Under the pieces are notes generated by a model, which was not told the origin of the DNA, ran no database searches, and was given only the letters and a program-made list of their open reading frames with translations. The position numbers and the translations under genes are program-made. Shown piece by piece: positions 14,681 through 29,250 of a stretch of DNA of 64,000 bases. Within the stretch, counting starts at the first letter, position 1; every line of letters starts with the position of its first letter. Location of the stretch: the NCBI RefSeq assembly GCF_009914755.1, contig NC_060926.1, one strand, 5' to 3'. The stretch is from the human T2T-CHM13v2.0 reference genome, Homo sapiens.

Positions 14681-14859
14681 AAATTTAACCACACTGTTAG
14701 CTAAGTATTTTTTAGACATTTAAACCCATTTAAACCCAGCCATTTTGTCTCAGAAAATTTTGTTCCTATGCAATGTTTGATTTTGTGCTAAATAAAACAT
14801 TTAAATCAGAATTATACCAATCTTTAAATCTTTTTGCTAACACAGTATTTTCCAGGGCA

Positions 14860-16361
<1,502 letters not shown>

Positions 16362-18993
16362 TGACTACAGATTCTGCTATCGTAAGTTTTCTTTAGGGAT
16401 CAGTATTTCTTTAAGTCAACTTTTCAGGATCAAATTAAACACAACAAAATATTTTCCAAAATATTTTTCTTCCAACAATTTTTGGTCATCGTAAGTTGTA
16501 TCACATATAGTTTTAACCGTTATCCATTTTGCGTGGATTATTTGTATTATTAATCTTCACTATGAGAATTGAAATATCTCTAGTCAAAATGGTGGGGTCA
16601 AACCATTCTACTTTTTTAGTTTAGAGATTTAAATTAGTCTTAGCTTTTAGGAACATGCTGCTTGCCTAGAAGTCTCCATAAACCCCTGTGCTGGCCTTGC
16701 CCCATTGATGAAACAGAAGAGGATTTTCTCAGAGCTCCTTACAAATTACAGTCAGGTGGAAGCCAACACATCACTTCCTATCATCCTGCTTAGGCACTGA
16801 AAGCAGCCTTCCTACTCACATATCCTGGCTGAGAGCCATGACTTTTTCTCTCTCTTCAATGAATACATACCAAGAAAAGAGAGTCTGTTTTAGACAAATA
16901 AATTCCCAATTTATCTAAGGGTAACTCAGTTCCTCCCCTTCATCTTGCAGTTCAGTGCAGGGAGACAACGCTGGTCTTCACCCAGGATTTTCATACTTCC
17001 CTGTTTCTTAAGAACAGAGGGCTCGGTTTTATCCTCGGCAACAACTTGCCAAGCGAAAAGGCTACCGCTCCTGACTAACCTACCTTGTAGCTAAGGTGAC
17101 CAGAACAAGTCCAAGCTAACTGGGCATGAGCAGAGGCACTGTGAGGGGCTCGCAGAGGCTGTCTGCCTGGAACTCACACAGCTGAGCAGGTCTTGGTCCT
17201 TCCTTCTCTCCTCTTCCTATCTCTGAAGCACAGCCCTCTGGGGTCCAGAGACAGCATTGAGGACAGAAGTCAGCTACTGAGACTCTGGGACAGCAGGACA
17301 GGTGCTGGCTGATGGCTATGGGGACAGCCCGGGTCAGCATGGACAGCCACCTCCAGAGTTCTTTAACAGGAGAAAGAAAGCGCTCTCTCTTGTCTGTGCC
17401 ACAACTGTTCTGAACTTTCTGCTGTGTGTAGACAAATCTAACCCCAGCTGAGGCACTCACTTTTCCCTGAATCTCTGTGAGCTGGGACCAGTCCTGCCCT
17501 TCCCTGGGACACACGCTCCTGCAAGAGGCAGGGGTGTAGGTGACCGGCATGACTGTAAAGATCTGGGGCTCTCGCCGGTCCCACATCCATGGCCACTTCT
17601 AATAGTCACAGAGGCTCAGTTTCCCCCTGGGGAACTACTCCCTTCCTCCAAGTCCATGTGGTTAAGTAAGGTTGGCTTACTTCCTGGTTGCAGGAGACAG
17701 GAACCGTGGGACACGCGCTGGAGGAACCACTGGTGCCATGCAATGTGCTGTGCAGTGTGGCTCTGGTGCACCTGCCGCCTGGGGCCCATGCAGACCGTGT
17801 GTGCATGTGTGGCCATGGGCATGAGGCCCAGGCATCTCCTTCAAGGTTCACGCATGCCCACTCATGTGGAGGCCCAAGGTTACCCCAGAGCACATCCCAC
17901 TCACCCACCAGGTATGGAGGGAGCCAGACAGGTCCACACTGAGACTTCCATATGCAGTTCCAGTCCAACCCCTCATTAGACACTTGGGAAACCCAGGCCC
18001 AGAGAGAGGAGGGGCTGGCCCAGGACACAGGACATGGGCAGAGTCCAGTTACCATCTCCTAGGCCAGGGCTGAACCATATCCCATGGGGTTGCTTTGGGA
18101 ATCGGAGCCCCTAAAATCCTGCAGACCCTGACTCACTTTTCCCAGGAGAGGCTGTTTCCTCTCAGCATCCCCAAAGGTGCATACCCACAGACACGCACAA
18201 GCTGACATCACAGGGGGTGACTAAGGGTAGGATGGGAGGAGAAGCAGATCCTGGGTAGGTAACAAAGGGAAAGAAGAAAGAGGCTGAGGCAGCTCTGCTA
18301 CAGACAGCAGCATCCAGTCACCAGAACCATGACCAGGGCCCATAGCATGGGAAGGGGAGAGATGCAAAGAGGCCAGGCTGGGGGATCCCTAAGGTCCCCT
18401 GGGTCAGCCTGGTCTGGTACCACCTCCACGGCAGTCAGGGGAAAGCAGGGCCTGGGGTCCTGTGTCCACTGCTGTGGGCACCTTCAACCAGGATGAGCCC
18501 CCTAGACTGAAGGGGCTACAGGAAAGAAGACCTCAGTTTCCTTCCCTACATACTGAGGTGCTTGGCGTGGGTCACCCCAAGAGTCCCACAGGCTCAGAAA
18601 GCCTCCGTTGCCCCAGCTCTCCATAGGTGACCCACTGTGCTCCAAGGTTCTTAGAAAATGCTTTCTACCCCTGGAGTTCCTTCTGAGCAGAGAGAGGCAG
18701 GGTGGTTGATGCACTGAGACTTGGAGCAGCAGAGCATGGACCACGCATCCTGGACAAGGGCAAAGACCCCAGTGTGGGAGCCTCAGGTCCTCCTACTGTG
18801 GAAGTGGAGCCGGGGCCACCTCCCTGGATGTGGTGAGGAGGCCTTGGAAGTGTCTGGACCCCAGGCCAGTGCTGGCAGTAGGAATAAGAGGGTTTTCTGA
18901 TATTTCTCTCAATCCTCTTGGATTTTTGCCCCCTGGGATGTGGGAGCGTGGATTTGCCTTGCAAGTTCTGTGTTGTGGTTTTCCTTCTTTGGA

Positions 18994-19026
18994 TGCAGTG
19001 CAAGCTCTGGCCACCAGGGGGAGACA
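18994..19026 (+). promoter_or_regulatory. CTCF motif with upstream module
   Basis: TGGCCACCAGGGGGAGACA (19008-19026) vs consensus TGGCCACCAGGGGGCGCTA; TGCAGT begins 17 nt before the CC core. Confidence 0.65.
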
Positions 19027-19749
19027 TGTGCCCACTGTGTTCTGCGGGAGCACCTGAGCCAGGGAAGAGCCAGGGGTCATTCAGGCCATTCCCCTGCCTC
19101 CAACCTGACCTGCATTTCCTATTGTCAGCATCCATCTCCACAGTCCGAGCTGGTCCGTGGTAGGATGTGGGAGTGAGGGGCTCCAGATCCTCTCATTTAC
19201 TCATTCAGTCTTGATACCCAAAGCACTTACCTTGTTCCAGGGCCTGAGTTCAGCTTGGGTGCTGCAGTGAAAAAGACAGATATGGTATGGTCCCTGCCCT
19301 CCAGGAGCGCACCATCTGGAGGGGGAGCGGGACCAAGCCACAAAACATATAAGTGGGGAAAGGAGCAAGTGCTGTGTCGAAGTAAAGCAACTGCTGCAGG
19401 GGAGGCTGGGGGCCACTTCATGGTGGGGGGATCTGAAAAGGCCTCCCTGAGGTGACAGTCATGCCATGAGCAGAATGACAAGGGGGAGCCAGCCCTGCAG
19501 GCATTTCCAGCACAGTGTGGGGAGGTGGAACTGTGCAGGGGCTCTAGGACAGACATTAGTTTGTCCAGAGAGGAGCTTAGAAAGGGGGACAGCGTGGCTG
19601 GAGGGAGCTGGGGGGAGAGCAGGGGAGGGAGGGAAGGGTGGAGCAGATCCTGGGCCAGGTCCACTGTATGATGGCCCCACTGCTGTGTGGAAACACTGCC
19701 CCACCCGTAACCGCCCGTAACAATGGGCGCTCACCCAGGCCCAGCCCAG

Positions 19750-20220
19750 CTCAACAGGGTGCTTCTACCACATGGTCTCTCAGGGGGCTGGACTGAGGTC
19801 TCCTCTGAGACTCAACTGGGGCAGGATCTACTTTCAAGTTCATTCATGGGGCTATTGGAAGGATTCCATGTGGACTGAAGGGCCAAGTTCCCCTCTGTTG
19901 TCCTCTCTGGGTCCTAAGCCACAGGAGCCTCCCCTTAGGGCAGCTCCTAACAGAGCAGCTGCTCCCCAGAGCCAGGGTTCAGAGAGAGGAAAGGAGAAAG
20001 AGAGGAGGGAGAGAGGGGAGAAGAGAGAGCTGAGAAGATCTGAGAAAATGTCAGCCATGGTTACTAACAACTAAAGCTTGGAGGAGATATCCCATCACTT
20101 TTGCCATATTCTGTGATTAGAACAGGGTCTAGTCCACACTCAAAGGGAGGGCGTTGCACAAGGATGTGTATCCCAGGGGTGTGGATCACGGGGAGCCATT
20201 AGTGAGGCTGCCTACTACAT
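19750..20220 (-). mobile_element. MaLR MLT1 LTR
   Basis: cccatcacttttgccatattct...cacactcaaagggaggg...ggagccatt motifs. Confidence 0.65.
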
Positions 20221-20636
20221 AGGCAAGAAAGGTACTTGGGTTTTAATGTGGATATAAAGAGAAGCCACTGGAAGGATTAACGGAGGAAGACAATATATGA
20301 AATCATTTAACTTCAACCCAGCATGGCCAGAAGGAGAATTGACATTTCCAAGTTCACATGGCAGCAATCCAGGCCTTCCACAGGAGCTGTGGGGAGGTGT
20401 TGTTGCACGGATGGAGATGTCATGGAGTAGGAGGCTGAGCAGTCAGCACGCCTGAGAAGCATTTGGGGTCCTCTTATCAGATAAATTTGGGATAAATCTG
20501 TTTTCTGACCTGAGTCTTACTTGCACAGCACATTGACTTTGCGAAAATTCATCACCTTGCATGTTTCATCTGTGCATTCTATTTTCTTTTCAATTTAATA
20601 CCAGAAAATTAGAAAAAGACTTCTGGGAAATCTTTA

Positions 20637-20993
<357 letters not shown>

Positions 20994-21649
20994 CTAGGTG
21001 CTAGGAGGAGTAGGTCTGCCCCGATGGACCCAGAGCAGTTTCCTCCCCCAGCGCTGTGATGCGGGCCTGGAATTTAACACTCGTTTTGAGTGTTCTCTGG
21101 GCCCGTTGCTGAGGCAGCAGCACACTTTAGATGATGAGAAGGTGGCTTCTCCTGCATTTGGTGAGCCTGGGGCTTTGGAACCCTCTTCCATTATTTGTGT
21201 GAGGTGGACATCTTTTTCCTGTAATGCAACTGCATTCAGTGCATCCAGTCATCAATATGCAAGAAAGACAGAGACATCCATCTGATGAAGGAACCCTAAG
21301 CCCAGCCCACTAAAAGACTCTGACTCTTGGTTTCATTTGCTTTCTTTTCACTTTTCTAATCAATTATTGGCTTACAGAGACCCCCCCTAGGGTAGAAAGT
21401 CATAGGAGAGAGGAGAACATCAGTCTAGAGGAACTGGTTGGGCGGGGCAGGAGGTGGAGGGCAGACTGGGGCTTCTCCCCAGTCTCTCCTGGATTCCAGG
21501 CTAAAACCCTACACACTATGCTTTTGGGGCCATAGACTGGCTCCTGGCAGCCCAGGAGAGTATCCCGCAGCCCCTGTTCATCAGCTGCCTTCCCTTCCCA
21601 GGTGAATCTGCACCAGGCCTGTCATCTCCTCTATGGCCAGCCTAGTCCG

Positions 21650-22370
21650 AACTGCTTTTATGCACAACTCAATTCTAACACTTACTAAACAGAGTTAGTG
21701 CAGACCCCACAGGTTAAGGGCTCAGCTCCATAAGGCTGCCCTCACTTCAGACACCAATCACAAGCCCCAGGCCTCTCGTACTTCTGACTGGCCAGCTTTC
21801 AATGGAGGGTTTGCATAACCCCATCCCCAGGCTCCATGATTAGCTGGAATGATGCACAGAACTCAGGAAAGCACTCAGCTTCCTATCACTGGTTATTATA
21901 AGGGACACTACTCCAGAACAGCCAAGAGGAAGAGATGCACAGGGCACCGTGGCAGGGGGTGCACAGAGCTCCTATACCCTCTGGGCACAACACCCTCCCA
22001 GCACCTCCCTGTGGTCACCAACGTGGGAGCTCTCAGAACCCAGTTGCCTGGGGGCTTTATGGGGGTTCCATCATGTGGCATGATTTATTAAATCACTGGC
22101 CACTGGTGACTCACTCTATCTCCAGCCCTCTTCTCTCCCTGGGGGTGCAGAGGTCACACAGACTGTTTCAACCCTCTCATCATGTGTGTGGTCTTTCTGA
22201 CCAGGGCCACCCTGAAGCTTCCTAGGAGCCTACCAAGAGTCACCTCAGAAAAAAAGAAGCTCCTGTCACCCCTACAGGTCTCAGAAAACTGCAAGGGCTT
22301 AAGAACTCTACTGCCAGGGACTGGGGACACAGACCAGTCACATGCTTATAATATCACAAAATCACACTGA
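21650..22370. mobile_element. MER21-family LTR
   Basis: gagttagtgcagaccccacaggttaagggctcag MER21 hallmark. Confidence 0.7.
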
Positions 22371-22432
22371 GAGAGCAAGACTGAGCCTCTCGGAGACTCT
22401 GGGGAGACACTGATCAATCCCAGGATGGACGC

Positions 22433-22720
22433 ACACTCAGCCCTCAGGGTCCGTGGGGGACTGATTCCAGATCCCCAAGGATACCAAAATCCACAGAGAC
22501 TCAATCAAGTCTCTGATAGAAAATGGTGTAGTATTTGCATATGACCTGAACATATCCTCCTGTGTACTCTCAATCATCTCTAGATTCCTTATAACACCTA
22601 ATATAGTGTCAATGCTATGTAAATAGTTGTTACGCTGTATTGCTTTTTTATTTTTATTTTTTTATATTTTTCACCTGTGATTGGTTGAACCCATGGACTG
22701 AATATATTGAGGACCACATG
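22433..22720. mobile_element. MER2 (Tigger-family) DNA transposon
   Basis: ggataccaaaatccacag...aaaatggtgtagtatttgcatat...catatcctcc. Confidence 0.75.
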
Positions 22721-22912
22721 CAGAAAACTATTTTTACTTGAGTTTTGTAGAGGATGGAATAAATATTTCAATCACTTTACTATCACTATCAAAGACCACC
22801 AATCTTAAATCACCCTAGAAGGTCAGCATATTTGTTGATAATGGATGTTTGCTGCTTCCTTAGGAGGCAGCACCAATGTGCTGGCAGGAGGACAAACAAG
22901 GCATGAGTTTCA

Positions 22913-23235
<323 letters not shown>

Positions 23236-25869
23236 AAAGGTGAGGTTTGCTGTCCAATGCTGGTCCCAGCCAAGTATGACCTTAGCATCTGCTTTCTGCA
23301 AAGTCCCAGGTCCCCACTTGCCAAGGACAACAGTTCCCAGAGTGACTGGCCTCAGAAAACAAGGTGTCTGAGGGGATGATCAGAGGAAGGAGCCTGGTGG
23401 AAATTGGACAGGGAAGGGCTCTGTCCATGAGGTGGCAGTCGCCCATAAGCTGTGGTGTGGGAGGAAGCATAGGGAACCTAGGTTGGTGCTGGAGATAGCA
23501 TTTCCTGGTCCTGACTTGGAGGAGTTGTTAACCCCAACATTCCTGACTCCTCCTTTGAGGAGGCTCCTGGCCTGCAAATCTCACGGGGTTATTGTGAGGG
23601 TCACCTGGGATGATGGGTTTGGATGCACTTTGTGAATGACACAGTGGGCCTTCCTCTTTCTGTCACTGGCCCTTTGACCTTGAATATGAATTGCCGGGGA
23701 TCTCCAAGTCTCAATGTCTAAATGTCTAAGCCTGACAGGGTATGAGCTGCTGCAATGGAACATTCTACAGTGCCTCCTGGAAGATTCCCTGCTTCTGTCT
23801 GCACCTGACATAGCCCCTACTCCTGTTCCCCAGCCCGGAGAGCTTGCCCAAGGGGCACCCGGGTGGTACTGGGCCTACCTTCTCTTTGGAAAAGGTGATG
23901 ACTTCCTCATTTCAGCTCTCCATCTTCCTAGCTTGCCCCATGGAATTCCAGGGCTCTGGCACAGCATTTGCTGGACATGAGAGGGAGAAAATCTAGGGCA
24001 GGGATCTGCCCTGGGGTGGGGGTGAAGGAGTATCCTGGAAACTGGGTGTCAGGAGGGTGAGTCCCACCCAGCTGGCCAGCGCCCTGTCCCCATGACACTG
24101 CTGGGTGCACATCAGTCCTCCTATCTCCCGCACAAGCTCCCTTCCAAGGGTCGCTTTCCAGAGTGGCTACAGCGCGGTCCATGCTGTCATGGGTGATGGA
24201 ACAGCCCTGGAGGCCAACATACTGCTGTGTGGGGAGCCAGGGAAGACACTTCTCTTTCCCATCACCTTTGAGGTCCAATGAGCCATCATGTCCCTGATCT
24301 CCTCACCCAGGGCCTGCACCCTCCCACCGACCTGTGCAGGGCCCAGGCCACCTGACATCGGAGCTGCCATGGGCAAAGAGCTATAAAACCAGAGGCACAT
24401 ACCAGCGTCCTAAAGAGACATGCACTACTGACAGACCACAGGGTGGGGCAGCCTTGTGCATGGATAGCCTTACTTGCCTCCCCCTTCAACCCACATGCTT
24501 CAGATGGATGAGGGCGTAGCTAGAGAGCACAGGTAAGGCAGGGCTGATGGGTTGGGACCCATCCATCTCAGCCTCTGCCACCAGGCACCCCTGGCACAGA
24601 GAACCTTTTAACACTGCGTCCGTTTACTGTCACTTTGAATTGTCACAGCCCCACAGAGACCAGCCCATAGCTGGACACACCCTATCTCCCTAAAATAACC
24701 AGTTCAAGAGCACCAGACAGTGGAAGTGCTCGTGTCCCAAGGGCTTCCTGCGGGCCTTCAGCAGGACAAGGTTGTGGCCACTAGTCCTAGGAGCACAGTG
24801 CCCTGAGCCTAGGCAAAGCAAGCAGGCATTACTCATCTAAAACAGCATCAGGAAAGACACCGAGAAACCAGGACGACTTGATTTTGTATTTGTGCAGCAG
24901 CAAACTCTTGAGGGACGCTAGAGGTAGTAGATGTGTCTGTGTGACTCCCAAATATACAGCAGGAGCCGATTTGGCAGAGAGACCCCTTGCCAATGCCATG
25001 TTCAGAGTGGAGGTCGACTTGAGAGCCACTGATCTGAGCAGCATGAAGTCCCCTGACATTAGCAGCATGAAGTCCCCTGACTTCAGCCACTTAGGTGTGG
25101 ATTGCTGAGGGTTCAGGGCAGACAGTGTTTGAGTTCGGGCTGGGCCCACCTGTTTTCCCTCCAAGTGGCATCACCAGGTCCAGTGGGGAAAACACTGTTG
25201 TGGGTCTACATTGATTTACCTATACTGCTCAGAGAAGCTTCCTGTGGGCTTCCATAAACTGGCTTGGGTTGGTTATTACTGGCTGCAGCAGCAATTGATT
25301 GCTCTTCCTGTACCTTGTTACCCTGGAGATGAAAATCCAGACTTGATGGGGAGAAAAGAGAAAATCTCCATCAGGAGAATCAAGTGGTCTGTTCTCCTCC
25401 TCCACTGCCATTGTCATAAAGCATGGGGTTGGCTGTGGGGTCATTTGGAGTGCAGCGGTCCAAGTATCAGGAGCAGCGTACTCTCAAAAAGACTCACGGA
25501 TGTGACCAAAACTGCAGCCTCCAAGGGTTTTGAGGCCTGCAGGCTGGGAGTTCTTGGCCTAGAGCATTTCACCCCTCTCTTCATTGCTTTCCTGGATGTT
25601 CCCAGGGGTCAATCTGGGCTGTTTTTGAGGTGGGATAAAGATTTAAATTGACTCGGGGAGGAGGGAAGTTATCTAAGGGTATAAACACAATATGGTTTTT
25701 TTTTATTTTTTTCTTTTGTAACAAGATTTTTAAAAAATCTCTTATTTAACTGAGAGTCATACTTTTGTCTATTATAGTAGCTAATTTACTATTATGATAG
25801 ATAATAGAATTGGGTAAATAACAAGTTCTGTTCATCACTACAAAACACACACACACACACACACAGTAT

Positions 25870-25996
25870 GTGAAAATGCTTCCTATAATTGCTGTACACC
25901 ATGGCCAGAAAGACAGACTTGAAGATGTAGGTATTAATGATAATGTAGATTATAAAGTACAAAGAATACCACCAGTTGAAGTCATAGACAGGCATG
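25870..25996 (-). pseudogene. TPCN3: TPC3 pseudogene exon 8 (S6: MPVYDFNWWYSLYFIIYIIINTYIFKSVFLAMVYSNYRKHFH)
   Basis: ttttcttctag acceptor; ORF 25792..25995; expected donor position reads CAC|ATACTG (no GT); followed by a (CA)n tract. Confidence 0.88.
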
Positions 25997-26940
25997 CTAG
26001 AAGAAAATAATCATGTTTCATGGTTTTCCATACCCTAGTTCCACAATGCATATAAGGCTGACCTTAGGCAAAATCCCACATGCACAGTCCATGTGCACGA
26101 GGCACCAGAAAGCCTCCTGTAACATTCGCTCTCCCCCATAGGGTGTGATGGGGCCTCAGAGCCATCACCATCCCTAATGCTGAACAGCTTGCTTCACACC
26201 TGCCCTTCTGAAATTCTTAGTACCTTACAGAGGCACCAATTTTCACAGTGGCAGGACCTTAGTGATCTCCCAATTCAGTTTTCTCCCTCCACAATGAGAA
26301 AATTGAGGCCTAGAAAGGACAGTGACTTGCTAGGAATTACAAAGAGAATAAGAAGCATGGCTGGGAAGAGGGCTGTGCACTGCAAAGTCAGGTAATCCTT
26401 GCTGTGTGGAACACCCAACTGCCTTGGCTGGGGCCAGATCATATTCTAACCACCCAGGGGACGATGCATGAAAGGTACCCGGTGATAACTGTGGAAGGGC
26501 AAGTTGTGACAGGTGCTCACTCTACCTTTAATGGAAACTTAATTTCCTACAGGAGGGGACGTCAAGGGGTGCTGGCTAGGCTGTCAGCCAGGGGTCTGAG
26601 GAAAGACCCAAGAGAACATAAGCAGGGCCAGGGCCAAGGCCAGGCCCAAGAGTGAGCAACAACCAAGAACAAGTTGATCTGATGAACCTACACATCACAA
26701 GATGACAGAAAACCTGCCTCTCTGAGGTCACTATTGGAGCAGATGTGGACTGACGTTTGCAGTGAGGCTCTGCCCACTCTCTAGAGCTGGAGAGCTAGCT
26801 ACTCTGTGCAGTACCACTTAATAACTTTACCCTTATGCATGAGGTAAATCCATAACAAGAAGTCATTCCATGAGGTTTTTCTCCTAAGTAATTTCCACAC
26901 GTGTGGAGAATTGGCATTTTGCAAGCAAGGTGGCAATTAC

Positions 26941-27529
26941 TGTTGGGAAAAAGCTGAGTGTTGGGAGAAGCTGAGGCAGGGCTTGCAAGTCTGACATAAG
27001 GTAAAAGAGTCTTGGAACATGTCTGGGGTCCAGGGTCTAAAACCCCTTGTGGCCTTTGGAACACCAAGCTCTGTGCTAAAGGGTGGAAGGCTACCCTGAT
27101 GCACCATAATCTAAGCCCAGGGCATAAAACCCCTCGTGACTTGGATAGAATCCAGGGCTCGTGGCTCTGGAACGTGTCTACACTTGCTGGCTCCATGCTC
27201 CTTGCTCTCCCAGGATCGACTGTATCTTGAGTTAAAAGAACATGCTCTCCATTATCTCAAGTAGCAGAGCAAATGCTAAACCATCACAGGTGTAAATCAT
27301 GTGCTTAATGCAATGCGCCCTTTCAACCTCCACATTCTCACCACCTGTTTCTTTGCTGGATTACCAATAAATAGCACTGGGCTCCCAGAGCTTGGGGCCT
27401 TTGCAGCCTCCATGATTGCGATGGCCCCTTGGTCCCACTTCTGTCTCTCAAACTGTCTTTTCTCAATCCTTTGACTCCGCCGGACTTTGTCACCCCCACA
27501 ACCTGGTGTTGGGTCTGATCACCCCAACA
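26941..27529 (+). mobile_element. LTR14-like (HERV-K14/HML-1) solo LTR in TPC3 intron 7
   Basis: TGTTGGGAAAAAGCTGAGTGTTGGGAGAAGCTGAGGCAGGG start, AATAAA at 27366, GATCACCCCAACA end. Confidence 0.8.
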
Positions 27530-27944
27530 ATTAGTGATGTTTACATTTATTTCCTGTTTGATGTAGCCAAAAAACTGCATCAATGCTTAGGAGAACCAGA
27601 CATGATTCCTTTACAAAGATGGCTTATGTCTTTAAATTCAAGACTCAAAGAAGATTCCAGAATAGAAAGTGGGCTCAAATATTAAGAATTGTATCTCAAG
27701 AGATGTCTCCTGTTCCTTTCCATTTTGAAAGAATTCATTTAAATTTAGTGTTAAGTAGAGAGGATAGGCTACTAGTGCTGTAAAATTTTATATTCTTCAA
27801 AACTTTTACAGTGAATAGGACTAAACAGAAAATCACTCTTTGTCCTCTCACAGCCCTACTAGAGTCAGGAGACAGCCGCTTTGAATAGTGTGAATTCTGT
27901 TATGGTAAAAGATGTTCATGAACACGGATCAAGGATGCGCGGAC

Positions 27945-28046
27945 ATGATGTCAGGGCTGTTCGCTGTAGTGACCAGCACGTAGAGCTCAAATGCTATCTC
28001 CAGAATGTTTTCAAACTAAGGCGATCCCTCTGCTGTTTTCAGACCA
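27945..28046 (-). pseudogene. TPCN3: TPC3 pseudogene exon 7 (pore: GLKTAEGSP*FENILEIAFELYVLVTTANSPDI)
   Basis: ttcctctttag acceptor, 102 nt, in-frame TAG at 28016-28018, TPC filter motif TTANxPD. Confidence 0.92.
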
Positions 28047-28241
28047 CTAAAGAGGAACCAAAAACATAAAGTGAAAACCACACACGTAAATTAATACACT
28101 GATACACTTTTTCCCTTTCAAGAGCACTCCTGCAGTGTTTGAACATGGAAGATTGTGTTTGGTGACAGATTGTGCCGCCAACAGGCTCAACCTAAATATG
28201 GGAGAATTCCCAGGCAGAAACTTCCAGAGAAGTGTGCTCAT

Positions 28242-28359
28242 CGATTCCCAAAAAGCTTCAAGGCCATCAGGCAGAACATCAGCACACTGAACATGAACAA
28301 TAGAAGACATAGAGGATATTGGGCAGGGTGTTCTGGAGGCTTTGGAAAGCCCTGCAGAT
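28242..28359 (-). pseudogene. TPCN3: TPC3 pseudogene exon 6 (S5: ICRAFQSLQNTLPNILYVF/LLFMFSVLMFCLMALKLFGNR), 1-nt deletion and dead donor
   Basis: Follows an 89-nt intron; 118 nt rather than 119; frameshift near 28301; donor reads CG|ATGAG (GT>AT). Confidence 0.9.
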
Positions 28360-28448
28360 CTATGGAGACAAAATGTTACTTTACTTACAAGAAACCAGCT
28401 AACTTTCGGCAAAAACAAACCATCACGTATCCTAAATCATATGCTTAC

Positions 28449-28565
28449 CTGACGACTTTCAGGGAAGTTAATTAGGAAGACCGGCCTTAAGGCCCTTGAC
28501 CATCTGATGCTGTGGATGTTAATAGCTTCCAGGGACCCACAGATAATCAGATCGATCAAGGTCAG
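28449..28565 (-). pseudogene. TPCN3: TPC3 pseudogene exon 5 (S3-S4: LTLIDLIICGSLEAINIHSIRWSRALRPVFLINFPESRQ)
   Basis: ctctcacag acceptor, CAG|gtaagc donor, 117 nt open, voltage-sensor RxxRxxR pattern. Confidence 0.92.
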
Positions 28566-29250
28566 CTGTGAGAGACACAGGCCAGAGATGTCAGTATTAC
28601 ACTGTCCAAGGACAGTGGATGGGTGTTCACCAACCCAGGAGAGGTACAATGTTATGTGAAAAAGCACGTTTCATAGACAGCATAGTACCACTTTTGTAAT
28701 ACGACATTAATAATAACTAATGTTTGACGTTTTACTGTGTTCCATGTACTATAACAAGCACCTCTTGTAGATGATTTTAGACTCACCACACCAATTAGGT
28801 GGGCACTATTCCTGGAGGAGGAGCTTGAGGCACAGAGAGGGTAAGCATGTAGCCCCTGATCACACAGCTATCCAGGGCAGAGCTGGGACTGGAACCCAGA
28901 CAGTCTGAGGGCTCAGCCCTTGCTATTAATCACACTGGGACATCCTTCCACACTACACCCTATTGACCTCTTCAATTTGACATGTAAAAGAAAGGAGGTG
29001 TAGCCTAGTAACAGAGATGAGAATATCTAGAATACAGACAACCCCTATTAATCTTTATTAATGTCAGGTTTATGGGCAAGAGATTAAGGTGAAGATGGCC
29101 AAAAGAAGAACCTAGTGTATTTTAGAAAAATATAAGTAGAAAAGAACAATGTACCATCATCAAAAAAACTTGAATTTAGCCCCTTTGGTGGTAAGGCACA
29201 GAGGATCTAGTGAGCTCCTTCCCCTCAAAGGGCACGCCGCACGGGACGGG

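Noticed and set aside
19231-19263. Micro-exon with strong acceptor and AAG|GTAAGT donor
   Set aside because: Lies in what appears to be an L2 3'-end remnant; not counted as evidence for the buried gene.
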